The notes beneath the pieces are model-generated. The model worked only from the letters and a program-made list of their open reading frames with translations, did no database searches and was not told the DNA's origin. A stretch of DNA of 26,844 bases, the filler included, from an uncultured virus (IMG/VR IMGVR_UViG_2061766007_000212) (taxonomy: Duplodnaviria > Heunggongvirae > Uroviricota > Caudoviricetes). It is 2 parts of one record of this genome, joined end to end, with 100 filler letters (N's around TTAATTAATTAA, not from the genome) between each part and the next. Parts side by side here need not be neighbours in the genome. Positions count along the whole stretch, not along the records: positions 12,330 to 26,844 come from IMGVR_UViG_2061766007_000212; 1 more part is not named here. One strand, given 5' to 3'. Shown here one piece after another: positions 26,502-26,844 of the stretch. The translations under genes were made by a program, and so were the position numbers. Numbering within the stretch: the first letter of the stretch is position 1; each line of letters opens with the position of its first letter.

Positions 26502-26729
26502 TCACCGACCTTCCTTCCGTTCCCCATCAGCACAGAACCGCTTGTTCCATAATTTGGCTCTGTCATACCAACAGTGATTTTTATTTGTGTCAATCATCGC
26601 ACCACCGCAATTCGGGCAGTAGAATATTCCGATGTAAATGCCATGCGGTAGGTAAAATGAGCGGTCTTGGATTTCTTCACCGTTTTCACCACAAAACGGG
26701 CATGGTTTCAAATATTCACTGTCAGGCAT
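26502..26729 (-). CDS. Lar-like Zn-finger protein
   Basis: LKPCPFCG…CPNCGG…WNKR. Confidence 0.7.
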   Translation of the reverse strand: MPDSEYLKPCPFCGENGEEIQDRSFYLPHGIYIGIFYCPNCGGAMIDTNKNHCWYDRAKLWNKRFCADGERKEGR

Positions 26730-26844
26730 CCCAGTCACCCCATTTCATCAGGATATCGGTCAGCACATCGACCGTCCGTTTCACGCTTTCCTTATCGCAG
26801 AAGTGAAGAACAGCGTTTACATTTTCCACGTCTTCCCCGGCGAA
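26722..26844 (-). CDS. Hypothetical protein, C-terminal part (allele of 21595-21855), cut by window edge
   Basis: FAGEDVENVNAVLHFCDKES…MKWGDWDA*. Confidence 0.65.
   Translation of the reverse strand, partial: FAGEDVENVNAVLHFCDKESVKRTVDVLTDILMKWGDWDA

Noticed and set aside
3292..26806. Numerous plus-strand ORFs in the ORF track
   Set aside because: Shadows of minus-strand genes with no recognisable motifs; only 2002-2637 is credible on the plus strand.
1..26844. CRISPR arrays, tRNAs, rRNA, integrase or IS elements
   Set aside because: No repeat-spacer pattern, cloverleaf or recombinase/transposase motif seen in the non-N sequence.

Overview
A gappy metagenomic scaffold from a tailed phage or prophage of a Firmicutes (probably Clostridia) host. 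Two to three closely related strain alleles are interleaved and joined by 10-N spacers, so most genes appear 2-3 times, often as fragments. Nearly everything is on the minus strand. Reconstructed transcriptional order: variable small Zn-finger/Lar-like genes; ssb; an ADP-ribosyltransferase-like gene; an ArpU/DUF1492-type late activator; late promoter; a structured leader RNA; a ParB-N/Zn-ribbon gene; a TGT/DpdA-like transglycosylase; queC; a yhhQ/VUT transporter; terS; terL; an A118-type portal; minor capsid; two small genes; scaffold; major capsid. Highlights: (1) A 7-deazaguanine module sits at the head of the packaging operon. Its transglycosylase has four stacked 'MxxYLAG'-type N-terminal modules separated by G/A homopolymer tracts, two of which differ in length between alleles, suggesting slippage-based selection of alternative N-termini. 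(2) A conserved anti-SD pseudoknot-type leader precedes that module. (3) A well-formed group I intron interrupts one minor capsid allele and carries an antisense GIY-YIG homing endonuclease with its own sigma-A promoter. (4) The late activator HTH and its putative operator repeats co-vary between alleles. Family assignments come from motif recognition only; no database search was run.
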